From assembly GCA_001872735.1 (NCBI GenBank), contig MNWT01000024.1:1480-65479 (forward strand): a stretch of DNA of 64,000 bases. The letters are read 5' to 3'. This stretch comes from Verrucomicrobia bacterium CG1_02_43_26 (lineage in GTDB: Bacteria > Verrucomicrobiota > Verrucomicrobiia > Opitutales > CG1-02-43-26). Below, piece after piece: positions 46,534-56,098 of this stretch. The first letter of the stretch is position 1. Each line of letters opens with the position of its first letter. Under the pieces are notes generated by a model. The model was given only the letters and a program-made list of their open reading frames with translations. It made no database searches and was not told the origin of the DNA. The translations under genes and the position numbers were made by a program.

Positions 46534-47181
46534 ATGTCGCGCCCCAAACTATCGAATCGCCTCCAAGCATTGCTTTCACACGAACACCCCAAGGGAATCA
46601 CGATTGCGTCATTGGTTCATGCCATGGGAGAACAAGGCTTTGGTATTCTCTGTTTATTTTTATCCATGCCAAGTGCACTCCCTATTCCAGCGCCAGGCTA
46701 TAGTACGCCCTTTGGGATCGTCATATGCCTATTGGGATTGCAAATGATACTCTGCAGGAATGAGCCTTGGCTGCCCGAAAAAGCTAGAAACATAGTCATC
46801 AACAAGAAACTCGCGGATAAAATGCTACGCTCAACGATTTGGTTTCTCAAAAAAATAGAGCATTGGATATATCCCAGATTAAGTTTTGTTTGTGGTAAAC
46901 GAGGCAAAATATTTATGGGCATATTGCTCGTGGTCATGTCTTGTATCATGATCATTCCCATACCGCTTACAAATACACTGCCCGCCATGATTATTTTCTT
47001 AATGGCGGTAGGTTTGGTAGAAGATGACGGTCTTATTTGTTTGCTCGCTTGTTGTGCCGGTTTTATTGCATTTTGTATCTACTCGGCAGCCCTGTTTATC
47101 TTTATTGTTTATGGCTTGCAGGGGCTCATACACGTTAAAGAGTGGATTGTAGCTTTTGCTCAACAAATTTTTAATTTTTGA
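46534..47181 (+). CDS. ExoD-family exopolysaccharide synthesis membrane protein
   Basis: [29 protein letters not shown]...PWLP matches the ExoD family pattern. Confidence 0.7.
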   Translation: MSRPKLSNRLQALLSHEHPKGITIASLVHAMGEQGFGILCLFLSMPSALPIPAPGYSTPFGIVICLLGLQMILCRNEPWLPEKARNIVINKKLADKMLRSTIWFLKKIEHWIYPRLSFVCGKRGKIFMGILLVVMSCIMIIPIPLTNTLPAMIIFLMAVGLVEDDGLICLLACCAGFIAFCIYSAALFIFIVYGLQGLIHVKEWIVAFAQQIFNF

Positions 47182-47226
47182 TTTGCCAACGAACCGACTT
47201 TTATACTATTTTGATGTCACTTTATT

Positions 47227-47310
47227 GCCCAGGTGGCGGAATGGTAGACGCTGGGGACTTAAAATCCCTTGTCCGAAAGGACGTGCGGGTTCGAGTCCCG
47301 CCTTGGGCAC
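47227..47310 (+). tRNA. tRNA-Leu (anticodon TAA), class II, no encoded CCA
   Basis: GCCCAGG acceptor stem, anticodon arm GGGGA-CTTAAAA-TCCCT, long variable arm, T arm GCGGG-TTCGAGT-CCCGC. Confidence 0.9.
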
Positions 47311-47311
47311 T

Positions 47312-49519
47312 TTAATTCTTTAATTTAGAAGAATTTTTTATCCGCAACATAGAGTCAATTACTTCATTTTGAAGATCTTGCATTCTTTTGCTAATGAGGT
47401 TTCCAATTGTTTCGTTATCAATCGTTTTAAGTAACTTACTTTCTTTTATAAGTATACTTTTAACGCTCTTCAATTCCCTGGCTAGATCGTGCCTTAAAGC
47501 ATTAAGATCCTTTTGGTTAAATTTGCCTTCTTTAACCTCCATAAAACCGTCATCATTTTCGTATTCAGTCGATTTGGTTAACTCTTCGACTACGCCTTTA
47601 CTGATCTTCCTTACTCCGGCTTCAATTAACTCGATATTCTCTTTGGACAGATGTTTGTAGTATTGGAGGTTAGTGGATATAAACTCAGTTGCCACTTTTA
47701 GCATAACCTCCTTATTAAGTAAGTAGGCCTCGTCTATAAAACGATTGAATTCGCTGAGATTTTTGAAATCGTATGAATCGGGAAACGGGTTTATCAGATC
47801 CCTTAGATCTTCTGTCACACGATATATGCAATGATCATTTTCAAAATTAGCCAAATCCTCTTCCGTAAATTTCTCTTTAAGCTCAATGCGAATATCTAAT
47901 TCGATATCTTTCATTCGTTTGTCAAGAAAGTCGTACTGCTCTTTTTCCTCTTTGCATGATTTGATAATAGTTTGTTTGGCTTGTTCGATTCGATTGTTGA
48001 GGAATATTTTCAATTTAATGTTACCTAACTGATTATCCTTTTGAAGTTTCAGGAGTTCTTTTAATATGGTTTTCTTTTCGGCAGCAATTAGCTTGGCCGC
48101 ATTATATTGAGTACGCCCCATGTCTTTAGATGAAAATTTCTCTTTACTTAATAAACAGTGAATCACGTCATTTTCCAGACCCACTATTTGCGTATAAATG
48201 AGACTTCTACGCTCAGCGCCGTCTATCTGCAGATGATCAAGTAAAAGCATGATATCTTCCCAGCCATCATTGAAGTCTGATATATTACCAAGGGCATAGT
48301 CTTCAAGTCCCGATGAAAAGCTATAAGCGCCCTCATCCTCATCTTGTATGAGGATGAGCTCCTCTTTTACCATTTTATAATCCAGATATAGGTCACAGAG
48401 ATCGCGCAATGCTTTATCATCGCAATTTATAACCCGTTTCTCTGCTAATTTTTTCAACGCCTTGAACTCCTTAGCACTTATCTTGTTTACCGAGATTTTT
48501 TCGTCTTCAAACGCAGGCTCGATGTAAAATTCTTCTTGGAACTCCAGGTCCTTCTCTTCGACAAAAATATTGTCTTTCTTTTTTAAATCCTCAAATTTCT
48601 TAAACAACTCCTTGAAATCATCGATTGATTCCTCATCCTCGCTATCGTCATCTTCTTCTATGAATACATTTTTAGGGGATTCAATCTCATTCTCGTAATT
48701 GCTAAACTCGTCTTTTATCTTCAGTGTTTCAAATTGTTTGTATATATCATTAAGCATCTCGAGCTCGCTTTCAGTCGTTAATTCTTTCAATTCATTGAAG
48801 TCCTCAATACTGATCTTATGGCCTGCACTGTTTGTCAGTGATTCCGAGTAAAAAATTTTATTTACTTCGCTTATGCAGTCTTTGAATTTATTTTTATTAT
48901 CACTGTGCTGCTTCATTTCTTTTGAAAAGGATTCCAGACTTTCTTTTTCATTAGAGAGCTCACCTTTGATCTTTTCATAGTCTTGATACATATCTACCAG
49001 CTTTAGAAGCGTATCAGGCTTATCATCAAAACCCTTTTCTTTAGCTAGTTTTTTAAGCTCATTCCATTGTTCAAAAGTAATTATCTTGCCCGATGACTTT
49101 ATATAACACCTGGCATAAAGAGCTTCATAACGATCAAAAACTTCTTCTACCTTGATCGTCATATCCTCAATTTTCTTAAGTTTGCCTTCCTTTATTCCTT
49201 TGGCTTTTTCTTCAGCTATCTGTAGGTAAGCGCTTTTAAGGAGGCGTTCTTTGTGCGTTTTAACTGCTTTTTCAGGGAAAATTTCTGTCAGTTTTTCGTT
49301 TAAATAGCGCTGATAGTCGTCAGCAAAGCTTTTATTGCTTGTTAATAAATTGAATTTACTGATGAAATTCCTTGCTAGATTGCCCTCGAAGAAATTATAC
49401 CCGTTTAACTTTAAGCCCAGGTTTATCTTTTTTTCTTCACATACAAGCATTTTAGGTAAATTGTTTTCTTTTGAAATTTGCTTCGCTAAGCATATGTTTT
49501 TATTGATAATTGCATTCAT
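47312..49519 (-). CDS. orphan 735-aa acidic, helical/coiled-coil protein with internal repeats; effector-like
   Basis: Very AT-rich and Lys/Glu/Asp-rich. There are three copies of a ~40-aa motif (KI[ST].E[DQ][FW]NELK.L...L.D.Y..[YF]E..K). The stop codon begins 2 nt after tRNA-Leu. Confidence 0.6.
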   Translation of the reverse strand: MNAIINKNICLAKQISKENNLPKMLVCEEKKINLGLKLNGYNFFEGNLARNFISKFNLLTSNKSFADDYQRYLNEKLTEIFPEKAVKTHKERLLKSAYLQIAEEKAKGIKEGKLKKIEDMTIKVEEVFDRYEALYARCYIKSSGKIITFEQWNELKKLAKEKGFDDKPDTLLKLVDMYQDYEKIKGELSNEKESLESFSKEMKQHSDNKNKFKDCISEVNKIFYSESLTNSAGHKISIEDFNELKELTTESELEMLNDIYKQFETLKIKDEFSNYENEIESPKNVFIEEDDDSEDEESIDDFKELFKKFEDLKKKDNIFVEEKDLEFQEEFYIEPAFEDEKISVNKISAKEFKALKKLAEKRVINCDDKALRDLCDLYLDYKMVKEELILIQDEDEGAYSFSSGLEDYALGNISDFNDGWEDIMLLLDHLQIDGAERRSLIYTQIVGLENDVIHCLLSKEKFSSKDMGRTQYNAAKLIAAEKKTILKELLKLQKDNQLGNIKLKIFLNNRIEQAKQTIIKSCKEEKEQYDFLDKRMKDIELDIRIELKEKFTEEDLANFENDHCIYRVTEDLRDLINPFPDSYDFKNLSEFNRFIDEAYLLNKEVMLKVATEFISTNLQYYKHLSKENIELIEAGVRKISKGVVEELTKSTEYENDDGFMEVKEGKFNQKDLNALRHDLARELKSVKSILIKESKLLKTIDNETIGNLISKRMQDLQNEVIDSMLRIKNSSKLKN

Positions 49520-49732
49520 CTTTTAATACTGCGTTAGTACTATTAACATATTTAATTATATATTTATTTTATTATATTGCAATTAAATAATAACTACATA
49601 TATAGTCATAAATAATTAAAGATCTTATAGCTGAGCTTTTCCTGCAGTATCGATCTTGTTAATGGCGATCGATTGTATCAAATTTTATTGACATATTACT
49701 AGTTGTACGACACTTCTAGGATCCACTAGATT

Positions 49733-50770
49733 ATGTTTGTCTACAATTATATACACTCTTGCTTTAGTAGTTCATTTACGGCTCGATTGCCTTCATCTGA
49801 CCTAGGCAATACAGTTACCTCAGTAAGTGACAACAACAATTCAAGAAAAGTAGAAGATCTGACAAAAGAGCACCAGCTTACATGGAAGGAATGGGCCAAC
49901 AAAAAAGCCATTGAAGCAAAAGACTTTATCGCAGATTTTGTTTGGGAGGCAGAGGTTTGTTGGCTTATTAATGAAACATTTGCACGTGTGGTTTGGCCCG
50001 TTTTAGAAACTTATATCTTAGCTTGGGTGACAGCGAATCCCTTTTACGTGGGAGCCTATCGGGCATTTTTTCAGGGTGCCTTTATGGCTATCTGTAAAAA
50101 GATGGATGGTCTAGGTTTGCTAAAACAATTTTTAGGATATGCTTACAAAACAGAGTCTTCCAAAAATATTAAAACCAAGATACCTTCTCAGCTTTCAGTT
50201 AAAAAGTTTTCTGGCAAGGTTGAGTGGATCTATAAGGGTGTAATTAAGGGTGTCAGCTATTTCCCGCAATACGCTCTCAGGGTCTATACAGGAATAGGTG
50301 TTACTAAGGCTTTCTTTGGCGCAGGCATTGATAATTTCATCCAAAATGAAAAGAAGGTTGCTTTAGGAGCGCGCATTATAAACGCCATTAAGAGTGGAAT
50401 CGCTGGTGGCATCCGAAAGGAATCTTTGGACTATTTTACAAAAAGGCAGTTCCAAGTGGCTAAAACGGTTATCGTTTGGATAACTGCCAATTTTGCCAGT
50501 GATGGTATAAGCAGTTATGTGGAAAGCTTACTTGACACTTTTGGCGATCAGATAAATCGGGGTAAATACCCAGCTTGGGATCCTAGAATACTTTCAAATC
50601 ATCGTGCTAAAAGCCATTGCTATTTTACAAATGAGCGTTCAATGAATTTTTGGGATAACTTTGGTAAGTGTGTTATGGGGAAAGATGATACAAAGGATTT
50701 TTCAATAGCCTGGGCCGATTCAGGGTTTACAGCCTTTTCCCGTAAAAGTTCTAGCAAATCAGTATTCTAA
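49733..50770 (+). CDS. orphan 345-aa protein with a hydrophobic central region
   Basis: Divergent from the 735-aa ORF across an extremely AT-rich 213-bp spacer. No family recognised. Confidence 0.5.
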   Translation: MFVYNYIHSCFSSSFTARLPSSDLGNTVTSVSDNNNSRKVEDLTKEHQLTWKEWANKKAIEAKDFIADFVWEAEVCWLINETFARVVWPVLETYILAWVTANPFYVGAYRAFFQGAFMAICKKMDGLGLLKQFLGYAYKTESSKNIKTKIPSQLSVKKFSGKVEWIYKGVIKGVSYFPQYALRVYTGIGVTKAFFGAGIDNFIQNEKKVALGARIINAIKSGIAGGIRKESLDYFTKRQFQVAKTVIVWITANFASDGISSYVESLLDTFGDQINRGKYPAWDPRILSNHRAKSHCYFTNERSMNFWDNFGKCVMGKDDTKDFSIAWADSGFTAFSRKSSSKSVF

Positions 50771-50883
50771 CTCATTTAGTGCATTTGCCATCCTTTGCTG
50801 CATACTAGTAGGTAAGGATCCTATTTACGGCATACGCAACACACTATTTAGATAGCTTTCAGGGAAATCACATTGCTTTCTAG

Positions 50884-52680
50884 GTGTATTTTCCTTACAT
50901 ATATTCCTCAGTGAAGCATTTTGTTCCCCTAATATTTCTGCTCTGCCTCCTTTTTTCTGCCTGCAAGCCCGCGGAAAGGCCTCCAAGAGATGTTATACCA
51001 CCGCCTAAAGATGCGGATGTTTTTATGGGTGAGCCTGGGCAATATGGCCATATTATGGTCATCGCAGATGCCATTGCGCCTTCAACGTTTAATCCGCTTG
51101 TGGCAGCAGACCTCTACTCTTCGGTTGCCATTGGCCATTTAATGGGGGCATTGATTCGGGTAAACCCAACTACACAAGAACTACTACCCGGATTAGCTAA
51201 ATCTTGGGAGCTCGCAGAGGATAAAAAGCATTATACTTTCCATTTGCGTCAGGGGCTGCTTTGGAGTGATGGTGCTCCTTTTACTGCGGATGATGTCGTA
51301 TTTACCTTTAATGCGCTTTTTGATGCACGTTATCCCAATCGTTATAAACAGCAGTTTATCGTTGATGGCAAGCCACTGAAGGTAAGTAAGATAGATGACT
51401 ACACGGTGGCTTTTGAAACTGGTGGCCTATATGCCCCTTTTGTTTATGACCTCGCAGGTGTTGAGATCATCCCCAAGCATAAATTGGAAACGTTTTACAC
51501 AGATGGCCGTTTGTTAGAGCAGTGGACGTTAAAGACAGCCTTAACCGAGCCCAAGGAAATTGTCGGCATGGGGGCTTTCCGCATTAACACCTTTAGAACC
51601 GGCGAGCGAATTGTATATGAGCCAAACCCCTACTATTGGCGCATTGATACCGATGGCAAACGTTTGCCTTATATGAACTACTTGATTTATAAGTTCGTTC
51701 CGGATGCAAATACCATGTTGATGCTCTTTTCCACGGGCGAGGTAGATGCGCCTGCTTCCGCGATCGGCCCGGCAAATATCAGTTGGTTAGAAGTAGCAGC
51801 AAAAAAATATAATTTCACGCTCCATGCCCGTGGCCCGGATAGTAGTATAGCTTTTATTTGGTTTAACATGAAGCCTGGAAAAGATGAAAAGGGTGACTAC
51901 TATGTGAATCCGGAAAAATTAAAATGGTTCACTGATAAACGCTTTCGTCAGGCAATTCTTTATGGCACCGATCGCGAGGGCATGATTCGCGCGCAGTATT
52001 TAGGAAAAGGCCAGCAATTAGACTCTATCATCAGTCCTGCAAATGCAAAATGGTATAACCCTAATACGAAAAAATATCGTTACGACCCGCTGAAGGCAAA
52101 AATGCTATTTAAGGAGATGGGCTTTTGGTATAACACCGATGGCAAGTTGCGTGACCGAGATGGCAACCCTATCGAAATCGAATTTTTAATAACAGAGGGA
52201 CGCGGGCAGGCGCCCTTTTTAACCATCTTTCAGGAAAATATGAAGGAATTGGGAATTGATTTAAAGATAACCTTTCTGGACTTTTCTACTTTGCTCGCGC
52301 GTACGGAAAGCTTTGAATACGAGGCGACCTCAATTGGTTTCACTGGTGGAGGGGATCCTTCCGGTGGAAAAGCAATTTATAAAAGCGATGGCGCTTTTCA
52401 TTTATGGAATCCCGATCAGGTAAAGCCTGAGACTGAATGGGAGGCTCGAATAGACGAGCTGTTTCGCAAACAGGAGAGGGAATTTGATGAGCAGAAGCGG
52501 ATTGCCATTTTTTACGAAATACAGGAAATTATTAGTGAAGAGCTACCCCTGATTTTCTTGAATATTCCCATAACCTTCATTGGCATACAAAACCGTTGGA
52601 AGAACGTGAGTATCTCTCCCATGTCCCCTCCGTTATGGAATCTCGATGAGGTGTGGACTGATGTAAAAGACGATGATTAA
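50884..52680 (+). CDS. ABC transporter substrate-binding lipoprotein, family 5 (peptide/nickel, OppA/DppA-like)
   Basis: Signal peptide with Cys (LLFSAC). The size and motifs (YEPNPYYW, GFTGGGDP) fit SBP_bac_5. GTG start is uncertain. Confidence 0.85.
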   Translation: MYFPYIYSSVKHFVPLIFLLCLLFSACKPAERPPRDVIPPPKDADVFMGEPGQYGHIMVIADAIAPSTFNPLVAADLYSSVAIGHLMGALIRVNPTTQELLPGLAKSWELAEDKKHYTFHLRQGLLWSDGAPFTADDVVFTFNALFDARYPNRYKQQFIVDGKPLKVSKIDDYTVAFETGGLYAPFVYDLAGVEIIPKHKLETFYTDGRLLEQWTLKTALTEPKEIVGMGAFRINTFRTGERIVYEPNPYYWRIDTDGKRLPYMNYLIYKFVPDANTMLMLFSTGEVDAPASAIGPANISWLEVAAKKYNFTLHARGPDSSIAFIWFNMKPGKDEKGDYYVNPEKLKWFTDKRFRQAILYGTDREGMIRAQYLGKGQQLDSIISPANAKWYNPNTKKYRYDPLKAKMLFKEMGFWYNTDGKLRDRDGNPIEIEFLITEGRGQAPFLTIFQENMKELGIDLKITFLDFSTLLARTESFEYEATSIGFTGGGDPSGGKAIYKSDGAFHLWNPDQVKPETEWEARIDELFRKQEREFDEQKRIAIFYEIQEIISEELPLIFLNIPITFIGIQNRWKNVSISPMSPPLWNLDEVWTDVKDDD

Positions 52681-53644
52681 ATATATTGCCCATAGATTGC
52701 TCAGTATCATTCCCATGATTTTAGGGGTGAGCTTGATTGTGTTTCTCTTGATATACCTCACCCCAGGCGATGTGCTCAGTGAAGCAAGAGCCCAACATGA
52801 TATTCCTAGAGAGTATATCCGGGAAATGGAAAAACTGTATGGGCTAAATGAGCCTTGGTATACGCAGTATTTCTTGTGGCTAAAAAATGCCCTAACACTC
52901 AACTTCGGCGAGTCCTGGACGTTTAAGGTTTCTGTGCTCGAACTCCTAATCGAGCGTATTCCCGTTACTCTTTTATTAACAGGCACCGCGCTCGTGATTG
53001 CGTGGAGTATTGCCATCCCCCTCGGCGTTTTGGCTGCTATGTACAAAGATTCAATTTTTGATAAAATAAGCGCTCTTCTTGCTTACGCTGCCTTATCTAT
53101 ACCGGAGTTTTTTCTAGCCCTATTAGCCATCTTTTTCGCCGCTCAAACAGGTTGGTTCCCCATTGGCGGCCAGACAACGATTACGTACGAATTCATGTCC
53201 AGTTGGGAAAAATTTGTCGATGTTCTTTATCACCTGATCTTACCCAGCTTTGTCCTCGCAATCGGGGGGGTAGCCGGCATGATGCGGATTATGCGCGCCA
53301 ATTTTTTGGATCACATCCGGGCCGATTATGTAACCACAGCTCGCGCAAAGGGCCTAAGCGAACCCGTTGTCATGTTTCGCCATGTACTGCGAAACGCCAT
53401 AAACCCTTTAATCACCGCCCTGGGCTTTGCTTTTTCCGGTCTCTTGTCGGGCGCATTACTGGTGGAAAATATTATGGATTACCCCGGTTTGGGGCAGCTC
53501 TTATACCAAGCCTTTATGAAGCAAGATCAACACCTCGTGATGGCAGCTGTTTTGATGAGTTGTATGATGCTTATTTTTGGAAACCTTTTTGCTGACTTAT
53601 TATTGGCCTGGAACGATCCACAGGTTAGGCTGGGGGAGGATTGA
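52673..53644 (+). CDS. ABC transporter permease (OppB/DppB-like)
   Basis: N-terminal MIKYIAHRLLSIIPMILGVSLIVFLL..PGD and the EAA-loop region ARAKGLSE..V...HVLRNA. Confidence 0.9.
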   Translation: MIKYIAHRLLSIIPMILGVSLIVFLLIYLTPGDVLSEARAQHDIPREYIREMEKLYGLNEPWYTQYFLWLKNALTLNFGESWTFKVSVLELLIERIPVTLLLTGTALVIAWSIAIPLGVLAAMYKDSIFDKISALLAYAALSIPEFFLALLAIFFAAQTGWFPIGGQTTITYEFMSSWEKFVDVLYHLILPSFVLAIGGVAGMMRIMRANFLDHIRADYVTTARAKGLSEPVVMFRHVLRNAINPLITALGFAFSGLLSGALLVENIMDYPGLGQLLYQAFMKQDQHLVMAAVLMSCMMLIFGNLFADLLLAWNDPQVRLGED

Positions 53645-53707
53645 TGCAAAACTTTGCTTTTTCCGTGCGTGTGAGTAAGGTGTGGACATCAAAATAGAAA
53701 GAAATCG

Positions 53708-53737
53708 TTGACGATCTAAAGCAAGGGAACCTATACT
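53708..53737 (+). promoter_or_regulatory. candidate sigma-70 promoter for the VOC gene (TTGACG-N18-TATACT)
   Basis: TTGACG at 53708-53713 and TATACT at 53732-53737. The ATG at 53745 lies only 7 nt after the -10 element, implying a leaderless or near-leaderless mRNA. Confidence 0.45.
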
Positions 53738-53744
53738 CCGCTTC

Positions 53745-54227
53745 ATGAAAAAAGATGTACAACCAGTACCCAGTGGGTTTCATACGATTACCCCACATTT
53801 AATTGTTAAAGATGCCGCAAATGCGATCGAGTTTTATAAGAAAGCTTTTGGCGCGGAAGAACTTGGCCGTATGCCGGCACCGGGTTCTAATAAAATCATA
53901 CACGCTCTTTTGCGTATTGGTGACTCTATGATTATGCTCGTAGACGAATTTCCGGAACTGAAATGCTTCGGCCCCAATCATTTTAACGGCACAAGTGTTA
54001 ATATACATTTATTTGTTAATGATGCGGATGGCATGTTTAATCAGGCCGTTAACGCCGGCGCTAAGGCAGCTATGCCCATGCAAGACGCGTTTTGGGGTTC
54101 CCGCTACGGCAAAGTAGAAGATCCATTTGGCCATGTTTGGGAAATTGCGACACAGATCGAGGATGTAAGCCCCGCAGAAATGAAGAAGCGTAGCGATGAG
54201 TATTGTGCCTCAACATCAAAAGCCTAG
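53745..54227 (+). CDS. VOC-family (glyoxalase/bleomycin-resistance, PhnB-like) protein
   Basis: HLIVKDAANAIEFYKKAFGAEE..., FWGSRYGKVEDPFGHVWEI, the typical PhnB/VOC pattern. Confidence 0.8.
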   Translation: MKKDVQPVPSGFHTITPHLIVKDAANAIEFYKKAFGAEELGRMPAPGSNKIIHALLRIGDSMIMLVDEFPELKCFGPNHFNGTSVNIHLFVNDADGMFNQAVNAGAKAAMPMQDAFWGSRYGKVEDPFGHVWEIATQIEDVSPAEMKKRSDEYCASTSKA

Positions 54228-54263
54228 TCTTGCTTTTATACTTTAGTTGATTATTAAATAAAA

Positions 54264-54293
54264 ACAGCTCGTAATTTGCGGGCTGTTTTTTTT
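54264..54293 (+). terminator. rho-independent terminator after the VOC gene
   Basis: ACAGCTCG-taatttg-CGGGCTGT followed by T8. The T-run ends 3 nt before the ATG at 54297. Confidence 0.75.
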
Positions 54294-54296
54294 GTT

Positions 54297-55349
54297 ATGC
54301 CTCAACCCCTATTTAAAGAACTATTAGGCAGGCCTTTTGGATTTGCAGCACTCATCCTATTGGCGATCCTTTATGTGGCAGCCTTGTTTGCCCCCTTCTT
54401 TGCCCCTTACGAGGAGACAAAACAGTGTTTAGATAAAATTTTTCATCAGCCAACGAAAATTTTCTGGAAAGATGGTGGGTTGCGTGTACAGGACTATTAC
54501 AGTGATAGCGCCCTTTCTACCCATTATGAAGCTATAAATGGAGAATCCATACCGCTAAAGTTTTTTGTTAAGGGTTTTTCCTACAAGCTATTTGGCTTGA
54601 TACCGATGGAGCGACACCTGTTTGGCCTGGTGAGCGAAAATCCGGATGCCCGCGTTTATTTGCTAGGGTCAGATGGAACCGGTAGAGATCTCTTTAGCAG
54701 GTTGCTCTACGGGGCTCAAATCTCCCTGAGTATAGGCTTTATTGGCATAACGATTACGATGGTGCTTGGTTTTCTTGTAGGCGGCCTTTCTGGCTACTTT
54801 GGCGGAAAGTTTGATTTTATAGGCATGCGACTAGTCGAGCTTCTAATGGTCATCCCCGGGCTATATTTGTTACTTGCGTTACGATCTACGCTCGCACCCT
54901 ATTTCAGCTCAGACCACATGTACCTGGTCATTATTATTATACTCTCACTCATCGGTTGGGCAGGTACCGCAAGGGTGATCCGGGGGATGTCTTTGGCTTT
55001 GCGAAATCGAGCTTTTGTCCAGGCAGCCGAGTCTATGGGGCAGTCAACTAGGAAGATTTTGATTAAGCATATCCTTCCAAATCTAATGAGTTACTTGCTG
55101 GTGGCTGCCACGTTGAGCATTCCGGCTTATATATTAGGTGAAGCAGCGTTGAGCTTTTTAGGCCTGGGGATACAAGAACCCTCATCTTCTTGGGGGCTGA
55201 TGTTGCGCCAAGCACAAGAGATGCGCGTCTTTATGCTTAATTTGTGGTGGATGTTTAGCCCGGGAGTTATGATCTTTATCTCGGTTGTGGCCTTTAATGT
55301 TCTTGGAGACGTCCTAAGAGACATTATAGACCCTAAAATGCGAGTCTAG
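54297..55349 (+). CDS. ABC transporter permease (OppC/DppC-like)
   Basis: GTDGTGRDLFSRLLYGAQISL and the EAA-loop AAESMGQSTRKILIKHILPN. I chose the ATG at 54297. Confidence 0.85.
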   Translation: MPQPLFKELLGRPFGFAALILLAILYVAALFAPFFAPYEETKQCLDKIFHQPTKIFWKDGGLRVQDYYSDSALSTHYEAINGESIPLKFFVKGFSYKLFGLIPMERHLFGLVSENPDARVYLLGSDGTGRDLFSRLLYGAQISLSIGFIGITITMVLGFLVGGLSGYFGGKFDFIGMRLVELLMVIPGLYLLLALRSTLAPYFSSDHMYLVIIIILSLIGWAGTARVIRGMSLALRNRAFVQAAESMGQSTRKILIKHILPNLMSYLLVAATLSIPAYILGEAALSFLGLGIQEPSSSWGLMLRQAQEMRVFMLNLWWMFSPGVMIFISVVAFNVLGDVLRDIIDPKMRV

Positions 55350-55452
55350 CAGGCATGTGTACTAGCCCGCAATGAACGGTAGAAATTTTGTGCTTTACAG
55401 TGTTGTTTTTATACGGCTAAGATTTGCTTGTTAACTCAACTAACCCCAAATT

Positions 55453-55890
55453 ATGGCTATACAAACAACTGCAAAGGAACAAACAGCGGTAGAGGCGCTT
55501 AAAAAATACCTCGATGCATACGGCAAGCAAGACATGAAAGCAGCATTAGATTGCTTCAGCAATAAACCCGATACAACGTTTATTGGAACAGGGATTGATG
55601 ACAAGACAGTAGGTAAACAAAAGATAGAAGCCCTCTTAAAGCGTGATTTCGCAGAGTCACAGGGGACCACAACGGATACGCACCTCATCTCAGCCAATAT
55701 TCAAAACGAAATGGCTTGGATAGCCGCTGAAGTCAATGCCAAGGTAAAACTCAACAATGGCCAGACGCAGAGCGTAAGTGGTCGTTGCACTACCGTGCTC
55801 GAGAAAGAAAACAATGACTGGAAGATCCGTCATTTTCACTTCTCGACTCCAGCACTTAATCAACCAAAGGGAAAATCATTCCCTGTGTGA
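55453..55890 (+). CDS. SnoaL-like / NTF2-fold protein
   Basis: 145 aa with an alpha+beta cone pattern. It ends ...CTTVLEKENNDWKIRHFHFS, which is typical of DUF4440/SnoaL-like proteins. Confidence 0.6.
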   Translation: MAIQTTAKEQTAVEALKKYLDAYGKQDMKAALDCFSNKPDTTFIGTGIDDKTVGKQKIEALLKRDFAESQGTTTDTHLISANIQNEMAWIAAEVNAKVKLNNGQTQSVSGRCTTVLEKENNDWKIRHFHFSTPALNQPKGKSFPV

Positions 55891-55925
55891 TCGATTGCAG
55901 AATTATTAGAAATTGATGAAATCTT

Positions 55926-55959
55926 AAAAACTGGAGCTTCTTATAAGCTCCAGTTTTTT
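55926..55959. terminator. rho-independent terminator (A-run / hairpin / T-run)
   Basis: AAAAA-CTGGAGCTT-cttat-AAGCTCCAG-TTTTTT. Confidence 0.8.
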
Positions 55960-56098
55960 GGTTTTTATCAAATACAGTAAGTGAACAAAAGAGCACAAGT
56001 CTGCGGTAAGTTTGTTTCAGGTGAAACAAACTCGCAGAATAAATCAAACATCGGGATTGCATCCAATAGGCAAAAATACTATATTTTACCTACATTTT

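Noticed and set aside
49649-49673. A 7-bp inverted repeat ATCGATC-N11-GATCGAT in the divergent promoter region of the two orphan genes, as a possible operator.
   Set aside because: It is short, built from a self-complementary ATCGAT core, and easily arises by chance in AT-rich DNA. There is no second copy to support it.
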